From the NCBI GenBank assembly GCA_963707985.1, contig CAVPRW010000015.1, positions 64,001-128,000 on the forward strand: a stretch of DNA of 64,000 bases. Direction: 5' to 3'. Positions 1-11,288 of this stretch are shown piece after piece. The translations under genes were made by a program, and so were the position numbers. The notes beneath the pieces are model-generated. The model was not told the origin of the DNA. It worked only from the letters and a program-made list of their open reading frames with translations, and did no database searches. Position 1 is the first letter of the stretch; each line of letters begins with the position of its first letter. The stretch is from an uncultured Nitrospinota bacterium (lineage in GTDB: Bacteria; Tectomicrobia; Entotheonellia; J063; CAVPRW01).

Positions 1-1362
1 GACTTTCCAATCCGCCGCATCACGGTCAACCTGGCCCCTGCCGACATCCGTAAGGAAGGTTCGGCCTATGACCTACCGATCGCTATCGGACTGCTGTGTG
101 CTACGGGTGTGATCCCCACCGCCACGCTGTTACACTCCCTCCTCCTGGGTGAACTCTCTCTCGACGGCCGTGTGAAACCCATTCGGGGTGCCTTGTCTAT
201 CTCCCTGGCTGCCGAACGCGCCGGGATGACGCGTCTCATCCTGCCACGCGAGAATGCCAGCGAGGCAGCGGTAATCCAGGGGATCTCCGTGTACCCGGTC
301 GATACTCTCCCGCAGGTTGTAGAATTCCTGACGGGTCGGATACAGCTCGATCCTTTACAGGTCGACCTACAAGCCGCTTTTGCCCCGTTACAGCCGGCAC
401 CGATCGACTTTGCCGAGGTCAAAGGTCAAGCCTTGGTCAAACGAGCTTTAGAGGTGGCTGCGGTGGGCGGCCACAACCTCCTCCTCCTGGGACCTCCAGG
501 GGCGGGTAAATCGATGCTGGCACGACGGCTCACCACCATCTTGCCGGCGATGACCCTGGCCGAGGCCATCGAGACGACGCGCATCCACAGCGTCGCCGGC
601 CTCACCGGAGACCGTACGGCGTTGGTCACCACCCGCCCGTTTCGTGCGCCGCATCATACCATCTCGGACGTGGGGCTGATCGGGGGCGGCCACGTGCCGA
701 TGCCGGGTGAGGTGTCGCTGGCCCATAACGGCGTGCTGTTTCTGGATGAACTCCCCGAGTTCCGCCGCCATGTCCTGGAGGTGTTGCGGCAACCGCTGGA
801 AGATGGAGTGGTCACGATCGCGCGAGCTGCGATGTCAGTGACGTTTCCAGCCCGACTGATGTTGGTAGGAGCAATGAACCCCTGCCCCTGCGGCCAGCGT
901 GGCCACCCCGAGAAAACCTGCACCTGTTCGCCCCTGGATGTGAAGAAATACCTGAGTCGCATCTCGGGTCCGCTGCTCGATCGCATCGATCTCCACGTTG
1001 AGGTCCCCCCGGTGCAGTACCGTGACCTGGCCTCGGCATCCACAGAGGAATCTTCGGCTGTCATTCGCGCCCGCGGCCATGCGGCCCGCACCCTGCAACA
1101 GCAGCGTTATGCCGCAGATGGGTTGTTCTGCAATGCACACATGCTGCCCAGGCATTTGCGGGTCTACTGTCGGTTGGATGCCGGCGGTCGCCACCTTCTT
1201 GAGGCAGCCATGGGCCGGCTGGGCCTGAGTGCCAGGGGGTACGATCGCGTCCTCAAAGTGGCGCGCACCATTGCCGACCTGGCAGGTGTGGAGTCTATTG
1301 GCGCCGAGCATGTCGCCGAAGCTATCCAATACCGCAGTCTGGATCGTGATCACTGGTCGTGA
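1..1362 (+). CDS. comM: YifB/ComM family Mg-chelatase-like AAA+ ATPase (5'-partial)
   Basis: Frame open from base 1 (RITVNLAPADIRKEGSAYDLPIA); Walker A GPPGAGKS; RPFRAPHH, PGEVSLAHNGVLFLDE, MNPCPCG and SGPLLDRID motifs. Confidence 0.93.
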   Translation, partial: DFPIRRITVNLAPADIRKEGSAYDLPIAIGLLCATGVIPTATLLHSLLLGELSLDGRVKPIRGALSISLAAERAGMTRLILPRENASEAAVIQGISVYPVDTLPQVVEFLTGRIQLDPLQVDLQAAFAPLQPAPIDFAEVKGQALVKRALEVAAVGGHNLLLLGPPGAGKSMLARRLTTILPAMTLAEAIETTRIHSVAGLTGDRTALVTTRPFRAPHHTISDVGLIGGGHVPMPGEVSLAHNGVLFLDELPEFRRHVLEVLRQPLEDGVVTIARAAMSVTFPARLMLVGAMNPCPCGQRGHPEKTCTCSPLDVKKYLSRISGPLLDRIDLHVEVPPVQYRDLASASTEESSAVIRARGHAARTLQQQRYAADGLFCNAHMLPRHLRVYCRLDAGGRHLLEAAMGRLGLSARGYDRVLKVARTIADLAGVESIGAEHVAEAIQYRSLDRDHWS

Positions 1363-1540
1363 GGCAGGGGGAACTGTCGCTTGTAGGGTAGCGCCTGGAC
1401 GTTGACAGCCCCACAGACCTATGATAGCCTTTCGTCTGTTAGGGGCTAATCGCTTATGGTTCCCTGGTGTGGAAGAGCCTCCGGCAGATAGCGCCGGAAT
1501 GTCACTTCGTTCACCGAATTCCCGGCCTGAGGTGGGCATC

Positions 1541-1834
1541 ATGTTCGGCATCGGTATGCAAGAACTGTTAATTATTTTGGTTATTGCCCTGATTGTTGTC
1601 GGGCCACGGAAGCTTCCTGAGTTGGCGAAGACCCTCGGGCGTGGGTTCGCAGAGTTCAAAAAGACCGCCGAAGATTTCCAGAGTACAATGATGGCCGACG
1701 TGAGTACCGAGACGAGCTATCGTACCCCAACTATCCCGCCACGCGTGAAAGGTCGGGCACCGGGGATCGAACGAGGCGAGGAGGGGATGCGGCTTGATAG
1801 CGAAGATCTGGAGAAAGGCGATCGGGTCCGATGA
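1541..1834 (+). CDS. tatB: Twin-arginine translocase TatA/TatB subunit
   Basis: [35 protein letters not shown] signature; directly upstream of tatC. Confidence 0.88.
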   Translation: MFGIGMQELLIILVIALIVVGPRKLPELAKTLGRGFAEFKKTAEDFQSTMMADVSTETSYRTPTIPPRVKGRAPGIERGEEGMRLDSEDLEKGDRVR

Positions 1835-2552
1835 TAAACTGCCGTTTACCGATCACCTGGATGAACTGCGCCATCGCCTTATCATCAGTCTCGTAGGGGT
1901 AGGCCTTGGCTTTGCCGTGTCCTACGGCTTTTCGCAGCAACTTTTGCTACTCCTACAACGACCGATGCCCACGCGGTTGGTCTTTATCGCTCCCACCGAG
2001 GCCTTCCTCGTCAACCTGAAAGTGGCATTCTATGCTGGCCTGTTCCTCAGCGTTCCACTGCTCCTGTTCCAGCTCTGGAAGTTCGTCGCGCCTGGACTGT
2101 ACGAGCATGAGCGCCGATATTCATTCCCCTTTCTGATCATCTCCACGATCCTGTTTCTCCTCGGTGCCGTCTTTGCCTATGTGGTAATTTTGCCGATTGC
2201 TTTGCATTTCCTGATCTCGCAAGGTGGGGAGTTATGGAAGCCGAACATCACCCTATCGAACTATCTTTCCTTCTGTATGCGCCTCATCCTGGCTGCTGGG
2301 CTAGTGTTCGAATTTCCGGTGTTGATGTATTTCCTTGCCAAGGTCGGGGTGGTGACGCCGGAATTCCTCGTTAAGAATCGTAAGTATGCCGTGCTCGCTG
2401 CCTTCGTTATCTCCGCCATCCTCACCCCACCCGATGTCTTCAGTCAGGCGTTGCTGGCGGTGCCTCTGTTTCTGCTCTTTGAGGTGAGTATCTTCGTGGC
2501 CAAGCGGGTAGCTTCGGGCCGAGAGACAGGCGATGGAGCGGACCGGGAGTAA
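1794..2552 (+). CDS. tatC: Twin-arginine translocase TatC
   Basis: [24 protein letters not shown] and TPPD motifs; multiple TM helices; start codon uncertain. Confidence 0.93.
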   Translation: MIAKIWRKAIGSDDKLPFTDHLDELRHRLIISLVGVGLGFAVSYGFSQQLLLLLQRPMPTRLVFIAPTEAFLVNLKVAFYAGLFLSVPLLLFQLWKFVAPGLYEHERRYSFPFLIISTILFLLGAVFAYVVILPIALHFLISQGGELWKPNITLSNYLSFCMRLILAAGLVFEFPVLMYFLAKVGVVTPEFLVKNRKYAVLAAFVISAILTPPDVFSQALLAVPLFLLFEVSIFVAKRVASGRETGDGADRE

Positions 2553-2839
2553 TGCAAGAATCGAAGCTGGTGCGGGCGAAGCTGATCATCTCCGGGCGAG
2601 TTCAGGGTGTGTATTTTCGCGCCTCAGCGCGTGAGGTCGCTCATACACAGCAATTATTGGGCTGGGTGCGGAACCGCTCCGATGGCGATGTGGAGACCGT
2701 GGTAGAAGGGGAAGAGGAGGCTGTACAGAGGTTCATCACCTGGTGCCATGACGGCCCTGCTGGTGCGCATGTGGCCGCGGTCCAGATTGCGATGCAGCCG
2801 TACACCGGCGAGTTTCATGACTTTCGTATCATGGGATAA
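2552..2839 (+). CDS. acyP: Acylphosphatase
   Basis: GRVQGVYFR and GWVRNRSDGDVE motifs. Confidence 0.92.
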   Translation: MQESKLVRAKLIISGRVQGVYFRASAREVAHTQQLLGWVRNRSDGDVETVVEGEEEAVQRFITWCHDGPAGAHVAAVQIAMQPYTGEFHDFRIMG

Positions 2840-2919
2840 GATGGTTTCGGCATTCATCTGTTTGACCGCACATACCTCCGTCATGCCCCTTTCCCTCTGG
2901 GAGAGGGAAAGATATTCAG

Positions 2920-4219
2920 CTATGCATGGGTCTCAAAGGGATCGCGCATGAGGATGCTGTGCTCGCGCCCGGAGCCGGTGGAGACGATGGAGACCGGCAG
3001 CTCTAGGCGTTGCGTCAGCTCCTCGATGTAGGCACGGGCGCGATCCGGGAGCTGTTCGTAGGTGGTTACCCCGACGGTGCTTTCCTGCCATCCGCCCATA
3101 TCGATAAAATGCGGCCGACAATTCAATAAGACCTCCAGCTCATCCGGCACATGTTCGAAGAACTTGCCCTTATATTCATAGGCGACGCAGACTTTGATGT
3201 GGTCATAACCGTCCAGCACGTCAAGCTTCGTGAGGCTGAGGCTGGTGAAAGCCATTGAGCCAGGCCGCTTGCCGTACCATCACCGCGTCGAACCAGCCGC
3301 AGCGGCGGGCACGCCCCGTCGTGGCTCCATACTCGGCACCAACAGTGCGCATACGGTCACCCACCTGGTCGTCGAGCTCGGTGGGAAAGGGCCCCATGCC
3401 AACCCTCGTGGTGTAGGCTTTCGCCACCCCAAGGACGTGATCGATGCGCGACGGCGGTACACCGAGGCCCGTGCAAATGGCACCGACCGTAGTATTCGAT
3501 GAGGTCACGAAGGGGTAGGTGCCGTGGTCGATGTCCAGCATGGTACCCTGGGCTCCTTCGAAGAGGATGTTATCCCCCTGCAGCAGGGCGTCGCGCAGCA
3601 CGTGCTCGGTATCTGCCAGATAGCCACCCAGCTTCTCCCGCCATTCAAGGCACCACGGCAGCAGCACATCGAGGTCAAAACCGGCATGGCCGTACACCGT
3701 TTCGATGATGGGATTTTTCTCAGCCAGATTGGCCTGTAGGCGATCATGCAGCAACGCTTCGTCGAAGAGATCCACAAAGCGAATCCCCATCCGTGCGGCT
3801 TTGTCAGTATAGGCGGGCCCGATGCCACGCCCCGTCGTGCCGATACGGCGGTCGCCACGAAACGCCTCACGCGCCTGATCGATGGCGCTGTGATAGGGGA
3901 GAATCAGATGAGCTTTGCGGCTGATCAGCAGCTGGTCCTTGACCTCGATACCCTGGTGGCGTAGGGTCTCGATCTCCTCGTACAAGGCAATAGGATCGAT
4001 CACCATGCCATTGCCGATCACCGCTTTTTTCCCAGGATGAAGCACTCCGGTTGGCAGGGAATGGAGCACATACTGTTGGCCTTGGACTACCACCGTATGG
4101 CCAGCGTTTGGCCCTCCCTGGAAGCGGGCCACCACATCGGCCTTGAGCGTGAGCAAATCGACGATCTTCCCCTTGCCTTCATCTCCCCACTGTGCCCCAA
4201 CCACCGCAACCGACGGCAT
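2920..4219 (-). CDS. purA: Adenylosuccinate synthetase (one apparent frameshift near 3248)
   Basis: GAQWGDEGKGK, GGPNAGHT, YPFVTSS and TTGRARRCGWFD; the C-terminus (TKLDVL...VSTG) continues in another frame after an extra T in a T-run. Confidence 0.93.
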
Positions 4220-4229
4220 ACCGATTCTC

Positions 4230-5531
4230 CTACGAGGCTGGATGGTCGTCCAGCGACACGATGACCTGGATCAGTTCACTCACCGACACCACGCGCTCCC
4301 AGCCGGCTTGAAGGTCTTTCAGCAAGGCCTCGTGCGACCCCAGACCGTTGGTCCCCAGAATGATCCCACGGGCAATCCCCATGCGCTGCGCATAGGCCAA
4401 CGATCCTACCAGATCGCGGCGGATGATATCACGTGCAACGCGATATCCATGCTGTCGCAGCTCCTTGGCGATGCGTAGGGCTTCCCGTTTATCCGGCTTG
4501 AAGTCGATGATCAGAAAGTCGACATGCACGGGCGAACGCAATGCGCCCTGGCGCTCCAGCGCCATCTGCAGCTTCTCGATGTCAATGGCGAACCCCGTCG
4601 AGGGGCACTCCTCGCCGAAACGGCCGATCAGATGATCGTAGCGGCCACCGCCGCAAATCTCGTAGCCCAGATTGGCCGTAAATCCTTCGAAGACGATGCC
4701 GGTGTAATAATCGAAACCGCGGATCTCGCTCAAATCGAGCAGGACAAACGACTCGAGGCCATACACCTTGAGCATGTCATAGACCAGCTGCAAGTTGGTT
4801 AACGCCTGCTCCGAGCGCTGATTATTCACCAGTCGGCTGGCCGCGGTGAAGACCTCCTCGCCGCCGAAGAGATGTGGTAAGGCCAGGAGCATGTCGCGCG
4901 CACTTGGCTCGAGCCGACATTCGTCCATCAAGAGGTCGAGCGCTGAGCTGTCCTTGCGATGTAATGCGACCTGCACCTGCCGTTCCGCCTCGTTGGGTAA
5001 CTGCAATTGTTCGAGCAGGCCGCGCAGGAACTCGACCTGGCTGACGGCAATCTTGAAATCCGCCAGTCCGACCTCCATCAGGCATTCGACCGCGATGGCG
5101 ATCATTTCGACGTCTGCTTCCGGCAATTCGAGACCCATGAGCTCGACACCGGCTTGATACACCTCGCGATGGCGCCCGACCTGCGGCTCAACGTAGCGGA
5201 AGACATTGCTGTTGTAGCAAAATCGTAGTGGTTTGGGGTATTCCTTCAGGATGGTCGCCGCGACTCGGGCGATCTGCGGAGTAATATCCGACCGTAACAC
5301 GAGCAGGCGACCTGTGGCTTGCTCAGTCAGTTTGAAGGTGCGGTCCCGAAGCTCCTCGCCGACACCCAGCGCCAACACGTCATAATATTCGAAGCTTGGT
5401 GTAACGATCTCCTGGAACCCCCAGCGCTGGAAGACAGAGAGGAGCTTGGTCTCAATCTCCCGCTTGAGGGCGGCCTGGGGTGGGAGATACACCCTGACAC
5501 CCTTGGGAATCTCGGTCTTAGAAGCGAGCAT
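4230..5531 (-). CDS. hisZ: ATP phosphoribosyltransferase regulatory subunit (HisRS-like)
   Basis: LRSDITPQIAR, QAGVELMG, YYTGIVFE and GGGRYD motifs; hisZ-purA adjacency. Confidence 0.88.
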   Translation of the reverse strand: MLASKTEIPKGVRVYLPPQAALKREIETKLLSVFQRWGFQEIVTPSFEYYDVLALGVGEELRDRTFKLTEQATGRLLVLRSDITPQIARVAATILKEYPKPLRFCYNSNVFRYVEPQVGRHREVYQAGVELMGLELPEADVEMIAIAVECLMEVGLADFKIAVSQVEFLRGLLEQLQLPNEAERQVQVALHRKDSSALDLLMDECRLEPSARDMLLALPHLFGGEEVFTAASRLVNNQRSEQALTNLQLVYDMLKVYGLESFVLLDLSEIRGFDYYTGIVFEGFTANLGYEICGGGRYDHLIGRFGEECPSTGFAIDIEKLQMALERQGALRSPVHVDFLIIDFKPDKREALRIAKELRQHGYRVARDIIRRDLVGSLAYAQRMGIARGIILGTNGLGSHEALLKDLQAGWERVVSVSELIQVIVSLDDHPAS

Positions 5532-5618
5532 ACAGCCTACGATCCCTGTTAGACGACAGGATTAAAAGGTTAACTTACCACTTACCGCACAAGACCGTCT
5601 GATGGAGCCAACTATGCT

Positions 5619-5647
5619 ATTATAACGCTGGACTTGAAGCGGTTCAA
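5619..5647 (-). promoter_or_regulatory. Sigma70-type promoter for hisZ-purA
   Basis: Minus strand TTGAAC-N17-TATAAT about 90 nt upstream of hisZ. Confidence 0.6.
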
Positions 5648-5760
5648 AGCTTTTTGGCAAGGGTTCATCCTTGACAGCCCTGGCAACACGTGGTAGCTGT
5701 AGCAGAGGGATGAAGCTCTAGTCTGACAGTGGCGACCATGAGCGCAAAGGTAGGGACCCA

Positions 5761-8169
5761 ATGCAGGACGCACCACGGATTCTGGTCGTGGATGATGAAC
5801 CTGGGGCACGAGCAGCACTGGTGGAAATCCTCGATGCCAAATACCAGGTGATGACGGCCGAAAGCGGCGCCACCGCCTTACATGTGCTCAGCACCTCCCC
5901 AGCCGACCTGGTGCTGCTCGACCTGAAAATGCCCGGCATGAACGGTATCGATGTGTTGAGAGCGATCAAGGAGACCGACACCACCGTCGAGGCCATCATG
6001 ATCACCGCCCACCCCTCTCTCGAGAGCATCCGAGGAGCCATGGCCTACGGCGCGTCGGGTTATCTCACCAAACCCTTTCATCAACACGAGCTCGAAGAGG
6101 CGGTCAGCAAAGCGTTAGCCCGGCGCGCAGGTCGGACCGGGCGGCAGCAAGAGGTGCGCACCCTGCTGGCACAGCTGCATACGCTCACGCAGTCCACTAC
6201 CGTCGATGCCACGTCGCTAGAGCCGGTCAGCACCGTTCTCAGCCAGGTCCAACGTCTGCTTGGAGCGACCACGGTGCTTTTCTACCTGCGTGAAACCCCT
6301 CCTGCCCCTCTGCACGAACGTGTGGCGCTTGATTGTCCACCCACGCTCCGAGGCGTTCTCGATTCCCCCAGCTGGGCTGATCTCCTTAGCCATAGCTTGG
6401 CCGCTGACCGCGTCGTCCTCGTGCACACCGACCCCGGACCCGCCGGACCCTCTTTGCCCCCCGCCCTTGTCGCGCAGGGGTACACCGCTGCCCTATTCTG
6501 TCCTATGCACTTGGCGCCCGAGGGCCCGGGAGTGCTGGTGTGCTTAGGTACAGACTCGCGGCTGTGGGATGATGACAGCATCGGCCTTGTCCAGACGGTC
6601 GTTGAGCTCCTGGCACTGGCCTTGCTCACCCAACAGCAGTTTCAGGCGTCGCAGCAGACCGTCACTCAGCATGCCCAGCGCGCCACTCAGCTGGGCATCC
6701 AGCGCGCTATCTCCCAGGTGATCTTGAGCCAATTGGAGTTACCGGCCATTTTGGAGGCCCTCAGCGATCAACTCCAGGCTGGTCTTGGCTATACGGGCTT
6801 TTACGTATGGCTCTTTACCTCTGTAGGAGCGCCGCTGCGACAGGTCTACGGAGGCGGTCCGAACCCCGGTTGGCAGCCGGCTGATTCGGCATCCATTCCA
6901 GCCGCTCTTGAGGTCCTCCTCCTTCCCAATGCCCAGGTGGTGTTGGCACCAATCGTGTTGCAAGAGCAGGTGGTCGGCGTCTTAAAACTAGTGCGCGAGG
7001 CCCCGCACGATGCCCTGACGCCGGTTGAGCTCGACTTGCTCCGCTTACTGCTCGACTCCATTGCCCTGGCCGTGCATAACTCCCGCCTCTATGGCGAAGT
7101 CGCATCGACCAAAAGTTTCCTGGAAAATCTTGTCCAGGGGGCAGGCGACGCCATTTTCACGGTGGACCTTACGGATCGGATCACGTCCTGGAATACCAGT
7201 GCCGAGCACATGTTCCAGGCCCCCGCGGCGGCAACGCTGCAGCAACCAATCTGGACGCTTCTGCCACGTGAGGCGTATGGCCAATGGCGCGCCGAGATTG
7301 AACGACGCGGCAAAAGCCTGCAGGTCTATGCCCGTTTAAGTCCCAGTAGCGGCACGACTCGTGATGTGTTGCTGACACTTTCCCCGTTGCGCGGCCCCCA
7401 CAACACGCTGGCGGGCCTGTCGGCCATCTGCAAAGATGTGACTGAAGAGCGTCAGCTTCGGGAGCAGGTGCTGCAGGCCGAGAAATTACGCATGGTGGGG
7501 GAGATGGCCGCTGGCATTGCACACAACTTTAACAATGTCTTGACCACCATCCTGACACGGGCACAAATCCTTGCCCTACAGGGAACGGACTCGACCGCGT
7601 TGCAGCGCGGACTGAACCTGATTGCCCAGGCGGCGTCCGATGGTGCCACCATCGTCCGTCGTCTGCAGCAACTAGCGCGCGGCTCCGGAACATCTGAAGC
7701 GACGACGCTCGATCTCAATGCCTTGGTGCAGGAGGTTGCAGAGACCACCCAGCCCGTCTGGCACGATCACGCCAGGCGCGAAGGGCGGCCAGTCGACATG
7801 AGCCTTGAGCTCACCTCACTGCCCCAACTCGTCGGACGTGCCGCAGAGCTGCGTGAAGTGTTGACGAATCTCCTGCTCAACGCGGTGGAGGCTATGCCGC
7901 AAGGAGGGCACCTGACCTTGCGAAGTTGGACTGAAGATCAAGAAGTCTGCGTTTCGGTGAGCGACACGGGTGTGGGCATGACACCAGAAGTGCAACGCCG
8001 ACTCTTCGATCCGTTTTTCACCACCAAGGGGGTACGTGGCACGGGGCTTGGCCTAACCGTGTCTCAAGCACTCATCAAGGGGCACCGTGGCACGCTCACG
8101 GTCGACAGCGAGCCCGGTCGTGGCACCACCTTCGTCATCCGTTTGCCAGTTGTCTCACGAGCAACCTAG
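5761..8169 (+). CDS. Hybrid sensor histidine kinase (REC-GAF-GAF-PAS-HisKA-HATPase)
   Basis: N-terminal receiver (VVDDE, LLDLKMP); H-box AHNFNN; N-box NLLLNA; DTGVGM, FDPFFTTK and GTGLGL. Confidence 0.9.
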   Translation: MQDAPRILVVDDEPGARAALVEILDAKYQVMTAESGATALHVLSTSPADLVLLDLKMPGMNGIDVLRAIKETDTTVEAIMITAHPSLESIRGAMAYGASGYLTKPFHQHELEEAVSKALARRAGRTGRQQEVRTLLAQLHTLTQSTTVDATSLEPVSTVLSQVQRLLGATTVLFYLRETPPAPLHERVALDCPPTLRGVLDSPSWADLLSHSLAADRVVLVHTDPGPAGPSLPPALVAQGYTAALFCPMHLAPEGPGVLVCLGTDSRLWDDDSIGLVQTVVELLALALLTQQQFQASQQTVTQHAQRATQLGIQRAISQVILSQLELPAILEALSDQLQAGLGYTGFYVWLFTSVGAPLRQVYGGGPNPGWQPADSASIPAALEVLLLPNAQVVLAPIVLQEQVVGVLKLVREAPHDALTPVELDLLRLLLDSIALAVHNSRLYGEVASTKSFLENLVQGAGDAIFTVDLTDRITSWNTSAEHMFQAPAAATLQQPIWTLLPREAYGQWRAEIERRGKSLQVYARLSPSSGTTRDVLLTLSPLRGPHNTLAGLSAICKDVTEERQLREQVLQAEKLRMVGEMAAGIAHNFNNVLTTILTRAQILALQGTDSTALQRGLNLIAQAASDGATIVRRLQQLARGSGTSEATTLDLNALVQEVAETTQPVWHDHARREGRPVDMSLELTSLPQLVGRAAELREVLTNLLLNAVEAMPQGGHLTLRSWTEDQEVCVSVSDTGVGMTPEVQRRLFDPFFTTKGVRGTGLGLTVSQALIKGHRGTLTVDSEPGRGTTFVIRLPVVSRAT

Positions 8170-8200
8170 CAGGTTTATACCCCTCATTATCCGACAGCGC

Positions 8201-9787
8201 TTACAATTCCACCAGGGTCGCGTAGAAGATGTTGGGCAGCCGACGTATCTCGTGCATGATCGTGTCGGGAATCGCGGAGTCGACGTTGACCACCGCCACT
8301 GCCATGCCATGCGGGGCGACTCGTCCCAGTTGCATGCCAGCGATGTTGACCTGATTGCTGCCCAGGATCGTCCCGATCTTGCCAATCACCCCCGGCGTAT
8401 CCTGGTTGGAGAACACGAGCATGTGGCCGCTCGGCACCGCCTCCAGGCGATAGTCGTCGACCCCCACGATGCGTGGCTCCTTGCGGCCGAAGAGGGTGCC
8501 AGCTACCTGTCGTTTGGACTTGTCCGTCGTCAACTCGATGGTAATCAGGCTGCTGTAGTCCTCCACGTCACTGCTAATCGTCTCGCTGACACGAATCCCG
8601 CGCTCCTTTGCCAGATGCGGGGCGTTGACCACATTGACATGATCTGGCAGGGATTTTTTTAGGATGCCGGTCAGGAGGGCAGCGGTAATCGGCTTAAACT
8701 CCAAGGCGCCGGCATCGCCACTGTAGCGCACCGCAATGTCCGTGAGCCCCCCTTCGACCATCTGCACGACGAAGCTGCCAAGCAGCTCTGCAAGGTGCAT
8801 GTACGGTTCAACTTTGCGCAACATCTCGGCATCAAGAGGGTAGACATTCACCGCGTTGCGAATGGAGCCAGATTGTAGGTAATCGATCATCTGCTGGGCG
8901 ATATCGACGGCGACGCGCTCCTGCGCTTCCTCAGTGGAGGCTCCCAGGTGCGGCGTACAGAGCACAGCGGGATGGTGCACCAGGGATAGCTCATCATCAC
9001 TTGGAGGTTCGTGCTCAAACACATCGAGCGCAGCACCGACCACTGTCCTTAATTGGAGGGCCTCATAGAGCGCGGCTTCGTCGATGATACCGCCGCGGGC
9101 GCAGTTCACGACGCGCACGCCACGCTTCATGAGGGCAAATTCGTCACGGCCGATGAGATGGGTGGTGCCACGGGTTTTAGGCGTATGGACGGTGATGAAA
9201 TCCACTCGGGGGAGCAATTCCGAGAGCTCCAAAAGCTCAACCCCCATGCTCTGGGCACGTTCCCGAGAGACAAAGGGATCATAGCCCAGGGTGGTTATTC
9301 CCAACCCCTGAGCCTTCTTCGCCACCAGAGCCCCAACTCGGCCCAGACCGATGACCCCCAAGATTTTCCCAACCACCTCCACACCGACGAAGCGTTCACG
9401 CTCCCACTCCCCGCGTTTCATGGCCTCATCAGCCGGCGCAATGTTGCGTGCCAGGGCTAACAGCATAGCGATCGTGTGCTCGGCAGCGGTGTTGGTATTG
9501 CCCTCTGGCGTGTTCATGACTACCACGCCCGCCGTCGTCGCTGTCGCGACGTCGATATTATCCACACCAATGCCAGCACGGCCGACGACCCGCAGCCGGC
9601 GTGCGTTGACCAGGAGCTCAGCGGTGACTTTGGTGCGGCTGCGTACGATCAAGCCCTCATATTCCCCGATACAGGCCTTCAGCGCCTCAGCAGAGACATC
9701 GGGGCAGTAATCGACCTCCAGCCCCGTAGCCTTCCGCAAGAGGTCGAGTCCTGACGCTGCAATGCTGTCACTGACTAGGATACGCAT
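8201..9787 (-). CDS. serA: D-3-phosphoglycerate dehydrogenase (long form with ACT domain)
   Basis: GRAGIGVDNID, GLGRVG, NCARGGI, TPHLGAST; C-terminal DTPGVIG ACT motif. Confidence 0.95.
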   Translation of the reverse strand: MRILVSDSIAASGLDLLRKATGLEVDYCPDVSAEALKACIGEYEGLIVRSRTKVTAELLVNARRLRVVGRAGIGVDNIDVATATTAGVVVMNTPEGNTNTAAEHTIAMLLALARNIAPADEAMKRGEWERERFVGVEVVGKILGVIGLGRVGALVAKKAQGLGITTLGYDPFVSRERAQSMGVELLELSELLPRVDFITVHTPKTRGTTHLIGRDEFALMKRGVRVVNCARGGIIDEAALYEALQLRTVVGAALDVFEHEPPSDDELSLVHHPAVLCTPHLGASTEEAQERVAVDIAQQMIDYLQSGSIRNAVNVYPLDAEMLRKVEPYMHLAELLGSFVVQMVEGGLTDIAVRYSGDAGALEFKPITAALLTGILKKSLPDHVNVVNAPHLAKERGIRVSETISSDVEDYSSLITIELTTDKSKRQVAGTLFGRKEPRIVGVDDYRLEAVPSGHMLVFSNQDTPGVIGKIGTILGSNQVNIAGMQLGRVAPHGMAVAVVNVDSAIPDTIMHEIRRLPNIFYATLVEL

Positions 9788-9842
9788 CGATGATCTTACC
9801 TCCGGTGCTGTGGTCTATGGCCTGCGGGGCCAGCCGGGGTTA

Positions 9843-10991
9843 CTAGCCAATAGATGTGCCCAAGACTTCCTGCGCCGCCCGCACTCCAGCTCCCCATTCG
9901 AGCGGATACCCGAGATGATGAAGCACGATCTCGACTGCTGACACCATCGTGACCACGTCAAAGATATCGACATAGCCCATATGTGCCAACCGGAATACTT
10001 TACCACGCAAGCGATCCTGCCCACCCACGATGGTGATATTGCACAACTCCTGGAATAGCTTGGGGATACGCGCACCGTCGATCCCAGCCGGAACACGGAT
10101 GACTGTGAGCGCATCGCTGGGGGATTTCTCTGCCAGCAGCGATAAGCCCAGGGCCTTGATGCCGGCGCGTGTGGCCTCGGCGAGCTGCCGATGGCGCTCA
10201 AAGATGCGCTCGAGCCCTTCCGCACGGATGGCTCTGAGCGACGCCCGGAGGGCGACCACCACAGGAGTGGGCAAGGTATAAGGATGGTCATCCTGCTCCA
10301 GTTCACTGCGAATCTTGGGCAGATCGAAATAATAGCGCGGCAAGTTGGTCTCCGCCGCCCGCTGCCAAGCCCTGTCGCTCATCGCCACAAAGGCCAACCC
10401 CGGTGGCAGCATCATGGCTTTTTGTGAGCCGGCGACGACGGCGTCGAGTCCCCATGCATCCGTGCGGATATCAGTAGCACCAAGGGCGGACACCGCGTCC
10501 ACCAGGAGCAGGGCTTGCGGATGCGCTTTGACGATTTCCCCCAGGGCCCGTACATCGTGGGCCGCGCCCGTGGAGGTTTCACACGCCTGGACGCAGACAC
10601 CGCGGATCGATTCATCTCGTGCCAAAGCAGCGGCCACGTCGCCCGGCTTAACGGCCTCGCCCCAGGGCACTTCCAGGGTGACGGTGGCGACGCCATAGGC
10701 GCGACAGATCTCTCCCCAGCGCTCACCGAACTTGCCGCTGCTGATGATCAGTGCCCGGTCACCAGTAGAGAACAGATTGGCCACGGCGGCCTCCATGCCA
10801 CCGGTTCCAGAGGCCGACAGGATGATGACCTCACCTGAGGTCTGGAACAGATATTTCAGGCCCTCCCGCACCTCGGAGAGGGTTTCAAGGAATTCCTGCT
10901 CGCGATGATGTAACACCGGCTTCGCGAGCTCCAGAAGGACTTCGGGGGGGACCGAGGTTGGTCCTGGGGCAAATAGATAATGTTTGCGCAT
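9843..10991 (-). CDS. Class V PLP aminotransferase (alanine-glyoxylate/serine type, serA-linked)
   Basis: LFAPGPT, SGTGGME, ETSTG, VDAVS and GSQKAMMLPPGL; likely start MRKHY. Confidence 0.88.
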   Translation of the reverse strand: MRKHYLFAPGPTSVPPEVLLELAKPVLHHREQEFLETLSEVREGLKYLFQTSGEVIILSASGTGGMEAAVANLFSTGDRALIISSGKFGERWGEICRAYGVATVTLEVPWGEAVKPGDVAAALARDESIRGVCVQACETSTGAAHDVRALGEIVKAHPQALLLVDAVSALGATDIRTDAWGLDAVVAGSQKAMMLPPGLAFVAMSDRAWQRAAETNLPRYYFDLPKIRSELEQDDHPYTLPTPVVVALRASLRAIRAEGLERIFERHRQLAEATRAGIKALGLSLLAEKSPSDALTVIRVPAGIDGARIPKLFQELCNITIVGGQDRLRGKVFRLAHMGYVDIFDVVTMVSAVEIVLHHLGYPLEWGAGVRAAQEVLGTSIG

Positions 10992-11288
10992 AATCGATCT
11001 CACCTTCATTGGGGAGGAATGCCTGACCGTTCTGGCCTGTTCGCTCCGCGGGGAGAGGCCAACGCTGACGGACACCATCCTCCAGCCATCGCCGCGCGAT
11101 ATCGCATGCGGTACCCTAGCAGAGGCATCTTCAGCTTGTCAAGGAGGGTCAGGCCCGCCATGGCGTCGCCGTTTCACCTTGTCTTTAAGGCCCAAGTCTG
11201 CTATCGTGAGCCGTTGCCTTTGCGATACTGCCATTGCGATATGTTGATGTCCGGTGAAGGGAAGCAGGCAGTGGTAAAGGGAGGTTGA

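Noticed and set aside
3221..3255. Programmed frameshift in purA
   Set aside because: No slippery heptamer is present, and the same extra-T pattern occurs in unrelated genes, which fits sequencing error.
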